Origin: an uncultured Chloroflexia bacterium
GTDB lineage: Bacteria > Chloroflexota > Anaerolineae > JAAYZQ01
Direction of reading: 5' to 3'
DNA: 64,000 nucleotides
Assembly: GCA_963700285.1 (NCBI GenBank)
Contig: CAVOXA010000001.1
Coordinates: 1,784,101 to 1,848,100, forward strand
The notes beneath the pieces were generated by a model. It did not search any database. It worked only from the letters and a program-made list of their open reading frames with translations, and was not told where the DNA came from. A program made the position numbers and the translations under genes. Position 1 is the first letter of the stretch. Each line of letters begins with the position of its first letter. This document shows, one piece after another, positions 34,069 to 45,130 of this stretch.

Positions 34069-34137
34069 CCTGTACGAATGTACAGGCAAAAGACTGGACG
34101 AATGGCTGATGCGCTCGGGCGCAAGTTGTGGTATACT
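34069..34137 (+). promoter_or_regulatory. Arylsulfatase promoter with the same box architecture as 30147-30215
   Basis: CCTGTACGAATGTACAGG (34069), ACTGGACGAATGGCTGAT (34093), TATACT (34132). Confidence 0.75.
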
Positions 34138-34210
34138 GTAAGTAGTTACCGCGGCCCTCCAAAGGAGTAGGAGCAACATTCAGCAGATTCCCCTGAAAGG
34201 AGAAGCAACT

Positions 34211-36640
34211 ATGGCTTTGACAGAGTACAAACCTGGAACCACGTTCCCCGGCGTCATCGGGCGCACGGTGGACCAATCCGAGCCGGCCTGGCCGGAGCCA
34301 CTGCGCGCAAAGGAGGGTGCTCCCAACGTGTTGTTCATCGTCCTGGACGACACCGGCTTTGGGCAGCTCGGCTGCTTACGGCAGCCCCATCGAGACGCCC
34401 AACCTGGACAGCCTGGCCGAGCCAACGGCTTGGCGTACAACAACATGCACACCACGGCGCTCTGCTCGCCGACGCGCACCTGCATTCTGACCGGGCGCAA
34501 CCACCACTCCAACGCCATGGCCTGCATCACCGAGGGTTCGACCGGCTATCCCGGCTCCAACGGCAACATCCCCTTTGAGAACGGCTTTCTGTCCGAGATG
34601 CTGCTGCAGCAGGGCTACAACACCTACGCCATCGGCAAGTGGCACCTGACCCCGGCCGACCAGATCTCGGCCGCCGGACCCTACGACCGCTGGCCGCTGG
34701 GCCGCGGCTTTGAGCGCTTCTATGGCTTCCTGGGCGGCGAGACCCACCAGTACTATCCGGAGCTGGTCTACGACAACCACCAGGTGGAGCCGCCCAAGAC
34801 GCCGGAGGAGGGCTACCACCTCACCGAGGACCTGGTGGACAAGGCCATCAGCTTTATCGCCGACGCCAAGCAGGTGGCGCCCAACAAGCCCTTCTTTATG
34901 TACTTTTGCACCGGCGCCATGCACGCCCCGCATCACGTGCGCAAAGAGTGGTCCGACAAGTACAAGGGCCAGTTCGACGACGGCTGGGAGGCCTACCGCG
35001 AGAAGATCTTTGCCCGACAGAAGGAACTGGGCATTGTCCCTGCAGGACGCCGAGCTGTCGCGCCACGACCCCGATGTGCCCAAGTGGGACTCGCTGGCGG
35101 AGGACGAGAAAAAGCTCTACGCCCGCATGATGGAGGTCTTTGCCGGCTTCCTGACCCACACCGACCACCACATCGGCCGTCTGCTGGACTTTCTCAAAGA
35201 CATCGGCGAGTTCGACAACACGCTCATCATGGTCATTTCGGACAATGGCGCCAGCTCCGAGGGCGGCCCCACCGGCTCGGTCAACGAGAACCTGTTCTTC
35301 AACAACGTGCCCGAGTCACTGGAGGAGAACCTGAGGCGGATCGACGAGCTGGGCGGGCCCAACACCTTCAACCACTATGCCTGGGGCTGGACCTGGGCCG
35401 GCAACACTCCCTTCCGCCGCTGGAAGCGCGAGACCTATCGCGGCGGCATCAGCGACCCCTTCATCGTCCACTTCCCCAAGGGCATCGAGGCCAAGGGCCA
35501 GGTGCGCACCCAGTACACCCACGCCATCGACATGGTGCCCACCGTGCTCGACGTGCTGGGCATTGAGCCGCCCACCGAGCATCAAGGGCGTCACCCAGTC
35601 GCCCATCGAGGGCGTCAGCTTTGCCCATACCTTTGAGGATGGCGCAGGCGACCAGCAATCGCCACACCCAGTACTTTGAGATGATGGGCCACCGCTCCAT
35701 CTATCACGACGGCTGGCGTGCTGTCTGTCCCTGGCCGGGCCCATCCTTCACCGAGGCGGGCGCTTTCTTTGGCGACGCCGATCCCGGCCGAGAAGCTGAC
35801 CGAGCTGGACGCCAAGGACTGGGAGCTGTATCACGTGGCCGAGGACTTTGCCGAGAACCACAATCTGGCCGAGATGAACCTGGAGAGCGCCGTTGGCGGC
35901 CCTGGGCACGTGGCTGAAAGAAGGGCGCGACGTCGGCGAAAAGTCAGGGCCAAGCTGATCGAGCTGATCGGCATGTGGTACGTGGAGGCGGGCAAGTACA
36001 ACGTGCTGCCCGTGGACGGGCGTGGCGTACAGCGCTTTGCCGAGGAGCGCCCCCAGATCGCCGTAGGACCGCACCAGCTACACCTTCTATCCCGGGCACC
36101 CAGTCCGTGCCCTCCAACGCCGGGCCGCGCCTGCTGAACCGGACCCACACGATCACGGCCGACGTGGAGATCCCGGAAGGGGGGCGCGAGGGCGCGCTGG
36201 TCTCTTACGGCGGCACCGATGGCGGTTACTCCCTCTACGTGAAGGACGGCAAGCTGCAGTACGTGCACAACTATGTCGCCCGCGACTATCTGCACGTCGA
36301 GTCGACCGAGCCGGTGCCGGCCGGGCGCCACGCGCTGCGCTTCGAGTTTGAGGTCACCGGCCCGCCCGATATCGCCAAGGGCAAGGGCACACCGGGCCGC
36401 GCCCAGCTCTACATCGACGGCAAGCTGGTGGGCCAGGCTGATTTTCCGCACACCACGCCGCTCAGCCTGGGCCTGACCGGCGGCATCAGCGTCGGCGCCG
36501 ATCCGGGCGCGCCGGTGGCGCCCTTCTACGAGCCGCCCTTCGAGTTCACGGGCACGGTCCACAGCGTCACCTTTGACGTCAGCGGCGACGTCATCCAGGA
36601 TGAAGAGGCCGAAATGCGCCGCATCCTGGCCAGGCAGTAG
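34211..36640 (+). CDS. Arylsulfatase (Cys-type), frameshifted
   Basis: [27 protein letters not shown]; LamG-like C-terminus. Confidence 0.93.
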
Positions 36641-36744
36641 ACATCTGGACGCTTGCCGTCCGGGCAGGAGTGCCGGCCACGGAAAAGCGCGTGTAGTCAA
36701 GAGTCAAGTAGGCGAAAACTGGTACCTAGAAAGGAAACACAGAC

Positions 36745-37302
36745 ATGCCACGAAGAGCAGAGGCAAGGACGGAACGAAGGCAGGAGCGAAAGGGCGGCGG
36801 GTCCGCAGGGGCCGCAGGTCCCACTCGCTACCAGATGCGCGAAAAGCTGGTGTCCATCGGCGATGATTTCTGGATCGAGAACGAGCAGGGCCAGAAGACC
36901 TTCAAGGTCGATGGCAAGGCCTTGCGCATCCGCAAAACCCTCAAGTTCGAGGACGCCCACGGCAACACGCTGTGCCAGATCCAGGAAAAGATGGTACGGG
37001 TCAAGGACAGCATGGAGGTCGAAGACGCGAATGGCAAGCAGGTGGCCATGGTAAAAAAGGCCTTGATTTCGCCGTTGCGCGACCGCTGGACAGTCAAGAT
37101 CAAGGATGGGCCGGACTTGGACGTGAAAGGCAACATCCTGAACCACGAGTACAGTATTGGGGAAGGCCGGGACAAGGTCGCGGAAGTGTCCAAAAAGTGG
37201 TTCCGGATACGCGACAGCTACGGCGTGGAGATCGACCCTGGTCAGGATGACATTGTCATCCTGGCAGTGACTGTGGCCATCGACCAGATGGCCCACGACT
37301 GA
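36745..37302 (+). CDS. LURP-one-related/scramblase family protein
   Basis: YQMREKLVSIGDDFWIE...FKVDGK...VAEVSKKWF. Confidence 0.9.
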   Translation: MPRRAEARTERRQERKGGGSAGAAGPTRYQMREKLVSIGDDFWIENEQGQKTFKVDGKALRIRKTLKFEDAHGNTLCQIQEKMVRVKDSMEVEDANGKQVAMVKKALISPLRDRWTVKIKDGPDLDVKGNILNHEYSIGEGRDKVAEVSKKWFRIRDSYGVEIDPGQDDIVILAVTVAIDQMAHD

Positions 37303-37338
37303 CGTTAGGGGCCAATTCGGGATCTGAATTTGCGCAAA

Positions 37339-37367
37339 AAAGCCGCCGGCTCTGAGCCGGCGGCTTT
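37339..37367. terminator. Bidirectional terminator between convergent genes
   Basis: AAAGCCGCCGGCTC-T-GAGCCGGCGGCTTT. Confidence 0.85.
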
Positions 37368-37399
37368 GTTATCTCTCGGCGAACAAGCGTCCGCATCTC

Positions 37400-38182
37400 T
37401 CAAGGGAGTACCAGGTCGAGGCATCTCAACCAGAAGGCTGCATACTGCTCCCAAAAGACAAAGTTGCAGCCCCAGTGCGGCGCCGGGTCGGACATGTAGG
37501 CCAGGGTCTTGCCCCTTCCGAAGGAACCTACCGTGACCAGCGGATCGCCTGTTTCCCTGACGGAGAGCAGGATTGGACAGGCTTCCCGGGGCAGGGTCTT
37601 GTTGTAGCCCAGTATGGGTGGGAAGGCGGAAAAACTGATGCCATCAAATCGCTCAGTCCCGTGAGCCTCTATCTGAGCAGTGAAGCCTTCCGTGCTTTCC
37701 ACCAGGTCCTCGAAATCGAGGCACTGCACTGGCAGGATCTCCCGCAGCCTGGTCCGGTTCCAGCCACCCTTGCCCATTTCACCGGTGAAGGACAGCCAGC
37801 CGCCGAGGAACATGACGCCCTTGCCAGCCCGCACGGCATCGATGGTGAGGCGAATGCGATCCGGGAAAGTGAGGATCTGGGTCCCAAACTGTTCCCGGTC
37901 GAAAAAACTGGGGGCCAGTTGAAAGTTCTTGGCTTCAACGTCGCTGAAAATCAGGATATCGTATTCGTCCAGAATGCGCTCATACTCCCCGGGGCCCAGC
38001 TTGTAGAACTCCCAGGTGGGTACAGACTCGACCTGGTGCTGGCCGGTGGATTCCAGCGCCTCCTTTAGCCATTTGCCATAGTTGTAGGTCTCCAAGCCCT
38101 TGTAGGTATAGTTAAAGGGCGTTTCGGCAAAGACTGGGCCCAACATGATGGCCCAATCCCCTACGTAGTAGATCCGTGCCAT
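37400..38182 (-). CDS. Glutamine amidotransferase-like (DUF1355-type) protein
   Basis: YDILIFSDV, GGWLSFTG, PPILGYN, SDPAPHWG. Confidence 0.8.
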   Translation of the reverse strand: MARIYYVGDWAIMLGPVFAETPFNYTYKGLETYNYGKWLKEALESTGQHQVESVPTWEFYKLGPGEYERILDEYDILIFSDVEAKNFQLAPSFFDREQFGTQILTFPDRIRLTIDAVRAGKGVMFLGGWLSFTGEMGKGGWNRTRLREILPVQCLDFEDLVESTEGFTAQIEAHGTERFDGISFSAFPPILGYNKTLPREACPILLSVRETGDPLVTVGSFGRGKTLAYMSDPAPHWGCNFVFWEQYAAFWLRCLDLVLP

Positions 38183-38251
38183 GTGAATCCCCTTTCTATG
38201 GGTCAAGAGCGCATATTGCCCAGGATCTGGTCAGCCCCGGTGATGGCCTGT

Positions 38252-39256
38252 TCAGGAGCCTGATAAAGGCAGGCTCACGGGCTGTCCCGATTCGGCTGAG
38301 GCATAAACGGCCAAGGCAACCTCCAGGGCTTTGTAACCGTCATCGCCGGTGACCGAGGGCTGGCGCGACTCGCGTATGGCGGCCACAAATTCCTCGACCA
38401 TGGCCTGATTCATGTCGGAGCCCCAATAGGACCAGGCGGTGTGCTGCTCCGGGCGGCCGTAGGTGGTCAGGTTCTGGCGGAAACCGTCCACGTTCACGAT
38501 GCCCCGCTCTCCGACCATCTCCATGGCCAGGCCGCCCCAGGTCGGGTAATGATGTGGCCGGCTCCAACTACAGTCGATGCTGGCAAAGGTACCGTTGGCG
38601 AAGGTTAGCATGATCAGGCCGCCGGTTTCAACGTCCACCTCATCGGCGTGCAAGATGTGGTTGGTCGTGGCATACACCTCTACCACCTCGCTGGCCAGGT
38701 ACCAGCGCAAGAGGTCGGCCAGGTGGACGGTGTGGTCCATGACCGCACCGCCGCCGGCCAGGTGCTCATCCACGAACCACTCCCGGTGGTGGCGCGGCAT
38801 CTGGCCCTGATTGGTGGTATTGCAGGCATAGACCTGGCCCAGTCCGCCGGCATCCAGCATGGCCTTGACCTCGAGCATCGGCGCGCTGAAGCGCATGGGA
38901 AAGGCCGTCATCAACAGGACGCCCGCCTCCCGGCAGGCATCGAGCATGGCCTGGGCTTCTGCCAGCGAGGTGGCCAGTGGTTTCTCGCTCATGACGTGGA
39001 CTCTGGCCGCGGCCGCCATCTCTACCAGCGGGCGGTGGTTTGCGTTCTCGGAGCAGACGAGCACGCCATCCGGCTCGTCCGCCAGCAGCGCCTCGTAGGA
39101 TGGATACTGCCGGGCAGCAAAGAGCGAGGCATAGTGCTGGCCACGCTCCGGCACGTCGTCAGCAATACCGATCAGTTCCACACCGGGAATGCTGCGCAGG
39201 TTGCCGATGTAGGCTTCGGCATGGTGGTGGGCAAAGCTCAGTATGCCAATTCTCAT
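38252..39256 (-). CDS. Gfo/Idh/MocA oxidoreductase
   Basis: MRIGILSFAHHH; EKPLA; GGGAVMDHTVH. Confidence 0.92.
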   Translation of the reverse strand: MRIGILSFAHHHAEAYIGNLRSIPGVELIGIADDVPERGQHYASLFAARQYPSYEALLADEPDGVLVCSENANHRPLVEMAAAARVHVMSEKPLATSLAEAQAMLDACREAGVLLMTAFPMRFSAPMLEVKAMLDAGGLGQVYACNTTNQGQMPRHHREWFVDEHLAGGGAVMDHTVHLADLLRWYLASEVVEVYATTNHILHADEVDVETGGLIMLTFANGTFASIDCSWSRPHHYPTWGGLAMEMVGERGIVNVDGFRQNLTTYGRPEQHTAWSYWGSDMNQAMVEEFVAAIRESRQPSVTGDDGYKALEVALAVYASAESGQPVSLPLSGS

Positions 39257-40265
39257 GCTGGTACCTCCGGCAAAAGTTGAAGGGCGACCGCGGCGCCGGT
39301 ATGGGCCGACTCGATGGCCGCCAGCGCGATCTGCAGGGCGGCCAGCCCGTCCTCGGCGCTGACCCGGACGTCCGTATCGTGAACCAGGGCGTTGTAGAAC
39401 TCTTGGATCTGCGTGGTATAGGGGCTCTCGCTGAGGGGGCTGCCCGGCAAGGGAACGTCGGGAGCTTGCTCCACCTTCTTCCTGGTGCAGACTGAGGCTG
39501 ATGGGGGCCGTGGCGTCCGAATTGAACTCGATCAGTCCCTGCGAACCGGCGAGCTCCAAGCTGGTGTGGAACTCGGGCGGCGGATAGGCCCACGAACCGG
39601 TGACGTGGGAGATGGCTCCATTCCGGTGGGTGAGGATGACCAGAGCCGTGGTCTACCGCGGCCTCAGGGTGGCTGGCGGTGATGCTCTTGGCAAAAACGC
39701 TGTCTACCTCGCCTGCCACCCAGCGGGCATAGTCCAGGTCGTGGATCATGAGGTCCAGCATCATCCCGCCCGACTTTTCAAAATCAACGAACCAGTTGTT
39801 GGCCGCCTTTTTGGGCTGGAAGGCCTCTCGCGCCAGGCGAAGCACGGCGACCTGGCCGATGTCACCGCGGTCTACTGCCGCCTTGGCCAGGGCGTATTCA
39901 GGGAAGAAGCGGACGACGTGGGCCAGCAGCAGCTTGACCCCGGCCGCTTTGCAGGCGGCGATCATCTCCTGGCCCTGCTTCAAGGTGCGGGCGATGGGTT
40001 TTTCGCAGACGATGTCCTTGCCGGCCGCCGCCGCCTTGAGCACTTGCTCGTGGTGCAGGTGGGTGGGCGTGCAGATGTCTATGACATCCACGTCAGCCAG
40101 CATGGCGTCCAGGTCCGGATAGGCCTTGGCCGCATACCGCTCGGCCAGTGGCCGGGCGCCTTCCTGTGTTTTGTGCAAAAAGCCGGCGATCTCGGCCTCC
40201 GTCTTTGCCCAGGCATCAGCGTGGGTCCTGCCCATAAAGCCGACGCCGGCAATGCCTACGCGCAT
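39253..40265 (-). CDS. Gfo/Idh/MocA oxidoreductase, frameshifted
   Basis: GVGFMG; CEKPIA; SGGMMLDLMIHD. Confidence 0.9.
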
Positions 40266-40331
40266 GGGTACTCTCCTTGTCCGTGGGAGGACTGGCGGTC
40301 CCTCAGAAGGACCGCCGGTCCGGGCTGTAGT

Positions 40332-41174
40332 CTATTTGATGGCGCCGGTGGTCAGGCCGCGGATCAGTTGCCGGGAGAAGATGACGTATAGGATGAGGAC
40401 GGGCACCATGGCCAGGGTGAGTGAAGACAGCACGGCGTTCCAGTCGGAGACGAACTGACCCAGGAAGACCTGAGCGCCGAGGGTCACGGTCTTGGTCGAT
40501 TCGCCAGGCGCAAGGATGAGGGGAAACCACAAGTCGTTCCAGATGGGGATCATGGTGAACACGGCGACGGTGGCAATGGCCGGGCGAACCATGGGCAGGA
40601 CGAAACCAAAGATCCGGTACTCGCTGGCGCCGTCCACCCGGGCGGCGTCCTTCATCTCGACCGGCACCTGGCGCATAAACTGTTGCAGGATAAAGATGGT
40701 CAGGGGTAGTCCCATGGCCGTGTAGACCAGGATCAGGGCCACCAGGGTATCCACCAGTTTCATGGCCACCACCAGGCGCAGGATACTGACCGTGCCCAGG
40801 CGGATGGGGATCATGATGCCCAAGGCCAGGTAGAGGCCCATGAAGGAATTCCCCGGGAAATCGTACTCGGACAGGGCATAGGCGGCCATGGCGCCGGCCA
40901 ATATGATGAGAACGAGGGAGCCGATGGTTACGATGAGGCTGTTGGCAAAGTACAGCGGAAAGTTGGTACGCTCAAAGACGGTGGCATAGCCCTCCAGGCT
41001 GAAGGTCTCTGCCGTCGGTGGGAGATAGGGCGCCTTGAAGATGGCGCGGCGCTCTTTGAGGGAGTTGATCAAGATCAGGACGATGGGGAACAGGGCGATG
41101 AAAACCCAGAACCAGAGGATGACGTGAGGGACCAAGCGGCCGAGCTTGAGTCGCAGTGTGCTGGCGGGTGTCAT
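40332..41174 (-). CDS. Carbohydrate ABC transporter permease
   Basis: DAARVDGA (EAA loop); WNDLWFP. Confidence 0.95.
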   Translation of the reverse strand: MTPASTLRLKLGRLVPHVILWFWVFIALFPIVLILINSLKERRAIFKAPYLPPTAETFSLEGYATVFERTNFPLYFANSLIVTIGSLVLIILAGAMAAYALSEYDFPGNSFMGLYLALGIMIPIRLGTVSILRLVVAMKLVDTLVALILVYTAMGLPLTIFILQQFMRQVPVEMKDAARVDGASEYRIFGFVLPMVRPAIATVAVFTMIPIWNDLWFPLILAPGESTKTVTLGAQVFLGQFVSDWNAVLSSLTLAMVPVLILYVIFSRQLIRGLTTGAIK

Positions 41175-41195
41175 GGTGGCGCTACCTCCACTCTC

Positions 41196-42137
41196 TCATA
41201 GTTCGTAGGTTGCGACGCGGCGCTGCCAACCAAAGAGGTAGATGAGGACGCCGACAAGGATGATCAAGAACATCATCGTCGCAATGGTGGCGCCCATGGT
41301 AGGATTCCCGAGCTGGAGCTGCTGGCCAAAGAAGGTACGGTAGAAAAAGGTACCCATGATGTCGGTGGAATAGTTGGGGCCGGCCAGAACGCCCTGGGTG
41401 GTGTAGATCAGGTCGAAGGCGTTAAAGTTGGCCACGTAGGTCAGAACGAGGACCATGCCGACCGTGGGCAAGATGAGCGGGAACTTGACCCGCCAGAATA
41501 TGCCCCAGTTCGTCGCGCCGTCCACGTGGGCCGCCTCGATCAGCTCGTCGGGAATGCTAATGAGGGCGGCGTAGAAGAGCATCATGGGGATGCCGATCCA
41601 TTGCCACACGGAGATGAGCGAGAGGGTTATCAGCGCTGACGCCTCTTTGCCCAGCCAGGGTCCAAAGAGCTGCCCCAACCCAATCAGCCCCAGCAGATCC
41701 TCGGCGATGCCCCACAGCGGGCTGAGGATGAGCTGCCAGATAAAGCCAATGATCACGACTGACAGCATGGTGGGCAGAAAGAGCAGCGTCCGGTATAGGC
41801 CAGCACCGCGAAGGCCGCGCAGGCTGAGAAGGGCAGCCAGCAGGAGCCCGATGGTATTCTGGACGATGGCATGCATCAGAAAGAAGACAAAGTTGTTCTT
41901 GAGCGCGCCCCAGAAGCGGGGCTGCCACAGGTCGTCGGTCAGCAGCTTGACAAAGTTCTGGAGCCCGACAAAAACCTCGGTCCCGTCGGCGCCGGGCGCA
42001 AAGAGACTGAGCCGTAGCGAGTCGATCAAGGGGTAGACCATGAACAGGGTATAGACCAGCGTGGCAGGCAGTAGAAACACGACAATGTGTGTCGGGAATC
42101 CCCTCCACCTGGTCCTTCTCTTGCTCGTTTGCTGCAA
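41196..42137 (-). CDS. Sugar ABC transporter permease
   Basis: FVGLQNF; EAAHVDGA. Confidence 0.95.
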   Translation of the reverse strand: MQQTSKRRTRWRGFPTHIVVFLLPATLVYTLFMVYPLIDSLRLSLFAPGADGTEVFVGLQNFVKLLTDDLWQPRFWGALKNNFVFFLMHAIVQNTIGLLLAALLSLRGLRGAGLYRTLLFLPTMLSVVIIGFIWQLILSPLWGIAEDLLGLIGLGQLFGPWLGKEASALITLSLISVWQWIGIPMMLFYAALISIPDELIEAAHVDGATNWGIFWRVKFPLILPTVGMVLVLTYVANFNAFDLIYTTQGVLAGPNYSTDIMGTFFYRTFFGQQLQLGNPTMGATIATMMFLIILVGVLIYLFGWQRRVATYEL

Positions 42138-42246
42138 TGCAACCCCCTTTCGGTGAGAACCATGCGAGGTTCCTGGGCCTGTCCCAGGTTGCTGCTGATC
42201 GGTGGCGCGGCGCCACAGTAGCGGTTGCGACGCCAGCGTAGAATCG

Positions 42247-42275
42247 ATTTTACACCAAAGCGTTGCAGGAGTCAA
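42247..42275 (-). promoter_or_regulatory. Candidate internal promoter for the permease genes
   Basis: TTGACT-17 bp-TAAAAT on the minus strand, downstream of the hairpin at 42323-42369. Confidence 0.5.
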
Positions 42276-42380
42276 TTCACCGCAAATGGCGCTTGGCGAT
42301 TGCTCGATCGCTCTTGACATTGGGACTGGCAGTCGGCAACCCAGGGTTGCTGGGAAGGACTGCCAGTCCTAGATTGGCAG

Positions 42381-44964
42381 CTATTGCTGCGGTGCGTACC
42401 ACTTTTCCAGGCCGTCCTGGATCTGCTGGGCGGCCTCCTCGGGAGTGATGTCGCCGTTGATGACCTGGGCGCTGACGCGCCACAGTTCGTTCTCCAGGTT
42501 GGGCTCGCCGCGGGAGAGGATCTGGTAGGAGTTGCGGATGGTGGATTCGCAGCTCGCCGCGCCAGCTCAGGAATTCCTGGGCCATCGGGTCGTCCAGCGA
42601 GATGTCGTGGTCGGAGAGGGTAGAAGAAACCGGGCAGGCCGTTGCTGTAGAGTTCGGCGAATTCGGCGGTGGTCATCCACTGCCAGGAAGGCCTTGGCCG
42701 CTTCGGGGTTCTCGGTCTTGGGATTCATGCCCAGGGCGATGTCGGTGTGGTCGCTGATGTAGCAGGTGTCAGCGCCCTTCGGGCAGGGGCGGCGGAAAGC
42801 GCCCATCTCAAAGTCGGCCTGCTCGTTGAAGAGGGCGATGTCCCAGGAGCCGGCGGGATAGATGGCGGCCTGGCCCGAGGGTGAAGAGGTTCTGGGAGTC
42901 GGGGTAGGTCTGGGCTTCAAAGCCGTTGGGCAGATAGTCCGCCCACTTGGCCAGCTGATCCCAGGGTGCCACATACTGGGGATCGGTGTAGCTTTTCGGT
43001 GCCGGCGATCAGACCCAGGCGACCCTTCTTCGCCCTTCCAGTAGTTGGGGCCGATGTTCTGGAAGCCCATGGTGGCGGCTTCCCACTGGTCGGCGGTGCC
43101 CATGACCAGGGCGTCATAGGTGCCGTCAGCCTTGATGGCCTCGAGCAGCTCAAAGAACTCGGCTTCGGTGGCCGGCTCTTCCAGGCCGAGTTCGGCGAAG
43201 ATGTCGGCGTTGTAGATGAAGCCGTGGATGACGGAAGCCATGGGGACACAGAAGACGTCGGAGCCGTCGTCGGTGACCCAGGCGCTCTTGGCGACGTCGC
43301 CAAAGTTCTCCAGGCCGGGCAGGTCGTTGAGCGAGGCCAGGTTGCCCTGCTCAAAGAGGGCCAGGGAGGGTCGAAGGGGCGGCAGGTGATCAGGTCGCCG
43401 GCGGTGCCGCCTTCCAGCTTGGCGTTGAGGGCGGCGTTGTACTCGGCCGGGGCGGCGGGGGCAAAGACTCACTTCGATGTCGGGATAGTGCGCGTTGAAG
43501 GCCGGAATGATGACGTCCTGCCAGATGGCCAGGTCGTCGTTGCGCCAGCTTTCGATGGTCAGCGTGGCTGGTCCAGCCTCTGCGGCCGGTGCTGCGCTCT
43601 GCTGCACCTTCGCCCTGCTGCGGTGTGTACCACTTTTCCAGGCCGTCCTGGATCTGTTGGGCGGCCTCCTCAGGAGTGATGTCGCCGTTGATGACCTGGG
43701 CGCTGACACGCCACAGTTCGTTCTCCAGGTTGGGCTCGCCGCGGGAGAGGATCTGGTAGGAGTTGCGGATGGTGGACTCGCACTCGCCGCGCCAGCTCAG
43801 GAATTCCTGGGCCAGCGGGTCGTCCAGCGAGATGTCGTGGTCGGAGAGGGTAGAAGAAACCAGGCAGGCCGTTGCTATAGAGTTCGGCGAATTCGGCGGT
43901 CGTCATCCACTCAAGGAAGGTCCTGGCTTCCTCAGGATGTCTCGGTCTTGGGGTTCATGCCCAGGGCGATGTCGGTGTGGTCGCTGATGTAGCAGGTGTC
44001 GGCGCCTTCGGGCAGGGGCGGCGGGAAGACGCCCATCTCAAAGTCGGCCTGCTCGTTGAAGAGGGTGATCTCCCAGGAGCCGGCGGGATAGATGGCGGCC
44101 AGGCCCGAGGGTGAAGAGGTTCTGGGAATCGGGGTAGGTCTGGGCTTCAAAGCCGCTGGGCATATAGTCCGCCCACTTGGCCAGCGAGCCCAGAGTGTCC
44201 ACGTACTGTGGGTCGGTGAGTTTCTCGGTGCCGGCGATCAGACCCAGGCGACCTTCTTCGCCCTTCCAGTAGTTGGGGCCGATGTTCTGGAAGCCCATGG
44301 TGGCGGCTTCCCACTGGTCGGCGGTGCCCATGGCCAGGGCGTCATAGTTGCCATCGGCCTTGATGGCCTCGAGCAGCTCAAAGAACTCGGCTTCGGTGGC
44401 CGGCTCCTCCAGGCCGAGTTCGGCGAAGGCATCGGCGTTGTAGATGAAGCCGTGGATGACGGATGCCATGGGCACACAGAAGACGTCGGAACCGTCATCG
44501 GTGACCCAGGCGCTCTTGGCGACGTCGCCAAAGTTCTCCATACCGGGCAGGTCGTTGAGCGAGGCCAGGTTGCCCTGGTCAAAGAGGGCCAGGGAACGGT
44601 CAAAGGGGCGGCAGGTGATGAGGTCGCCGGCGGTGCCGCCTTCGAGCTTGGCGTTGAGGGCCGCGTCGTACTCGGCCGGGGCGGCGGGGGCAAAGACGAC
44701 TTCGATGTCGGGATAGTGCGCGTTGAAGGCGGGGATGATGACGTCCTGCCAGATGGCCAGGTCATCGTTACGCCAGCTTTCGATGGTGAGTGTGACCTTT
44801 TCCCCTGGCTCGGGCGCCTTTTCCTCGACCGCCGCTTCCTTGGTTGGCTCTTCCGCTTTGGGCTGCTCAGGCGCTGCCGTCGGCTCGGCCGTAGAGCCGC
44901 AGGCTGCAACCAGAAGCGCCAAGATGGTCAGTACTGCCAGGACCGAAACCAATCTGGTACGCAT
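42381..44964 (-). CDS. ABC sugar-binding lipoprotein with two tandem SBP domains, frameshifted
   Basis: Lipobox LVAAC. TLTIESWRNDDLAIWQDVIIPAF occurs twice (~44790 and ~43560). The copies are joined by an Ala-rich linker with no second signal peptide. Confidence 0.85.
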
Positions 44965-45130
44965 TTCTTGTTCCTCCTTTTTTCCCTGCTCTTTGTTCGC
45001 TAATAGTCGTTCGCAGAACCTGGTGGGCGTCGTGTCTGGGTATCACCTCCCTTCAGGGCATGCTGCCCCCGGCTGGTTGCAGGCATGGATCCATGCCGTC
45101 AACCAAAAAGACCCGCCGGCCGGGGCCAAA

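Noticed and set aside
42381-44790. Duplicated SBP halves as a DGR template/variable pair
   Set aside because: The repeat is ~1.2 kb and coding in both copies, and the differences are not adenine-specific.
44092-45003. Long antisense/alternative-frame ORFs (also 22751-23716, 27823-28821, 51277-52470, 55814-56953)
   Set aside because: They are shadow ORFs of high-GC genes with no recognisable motifs.
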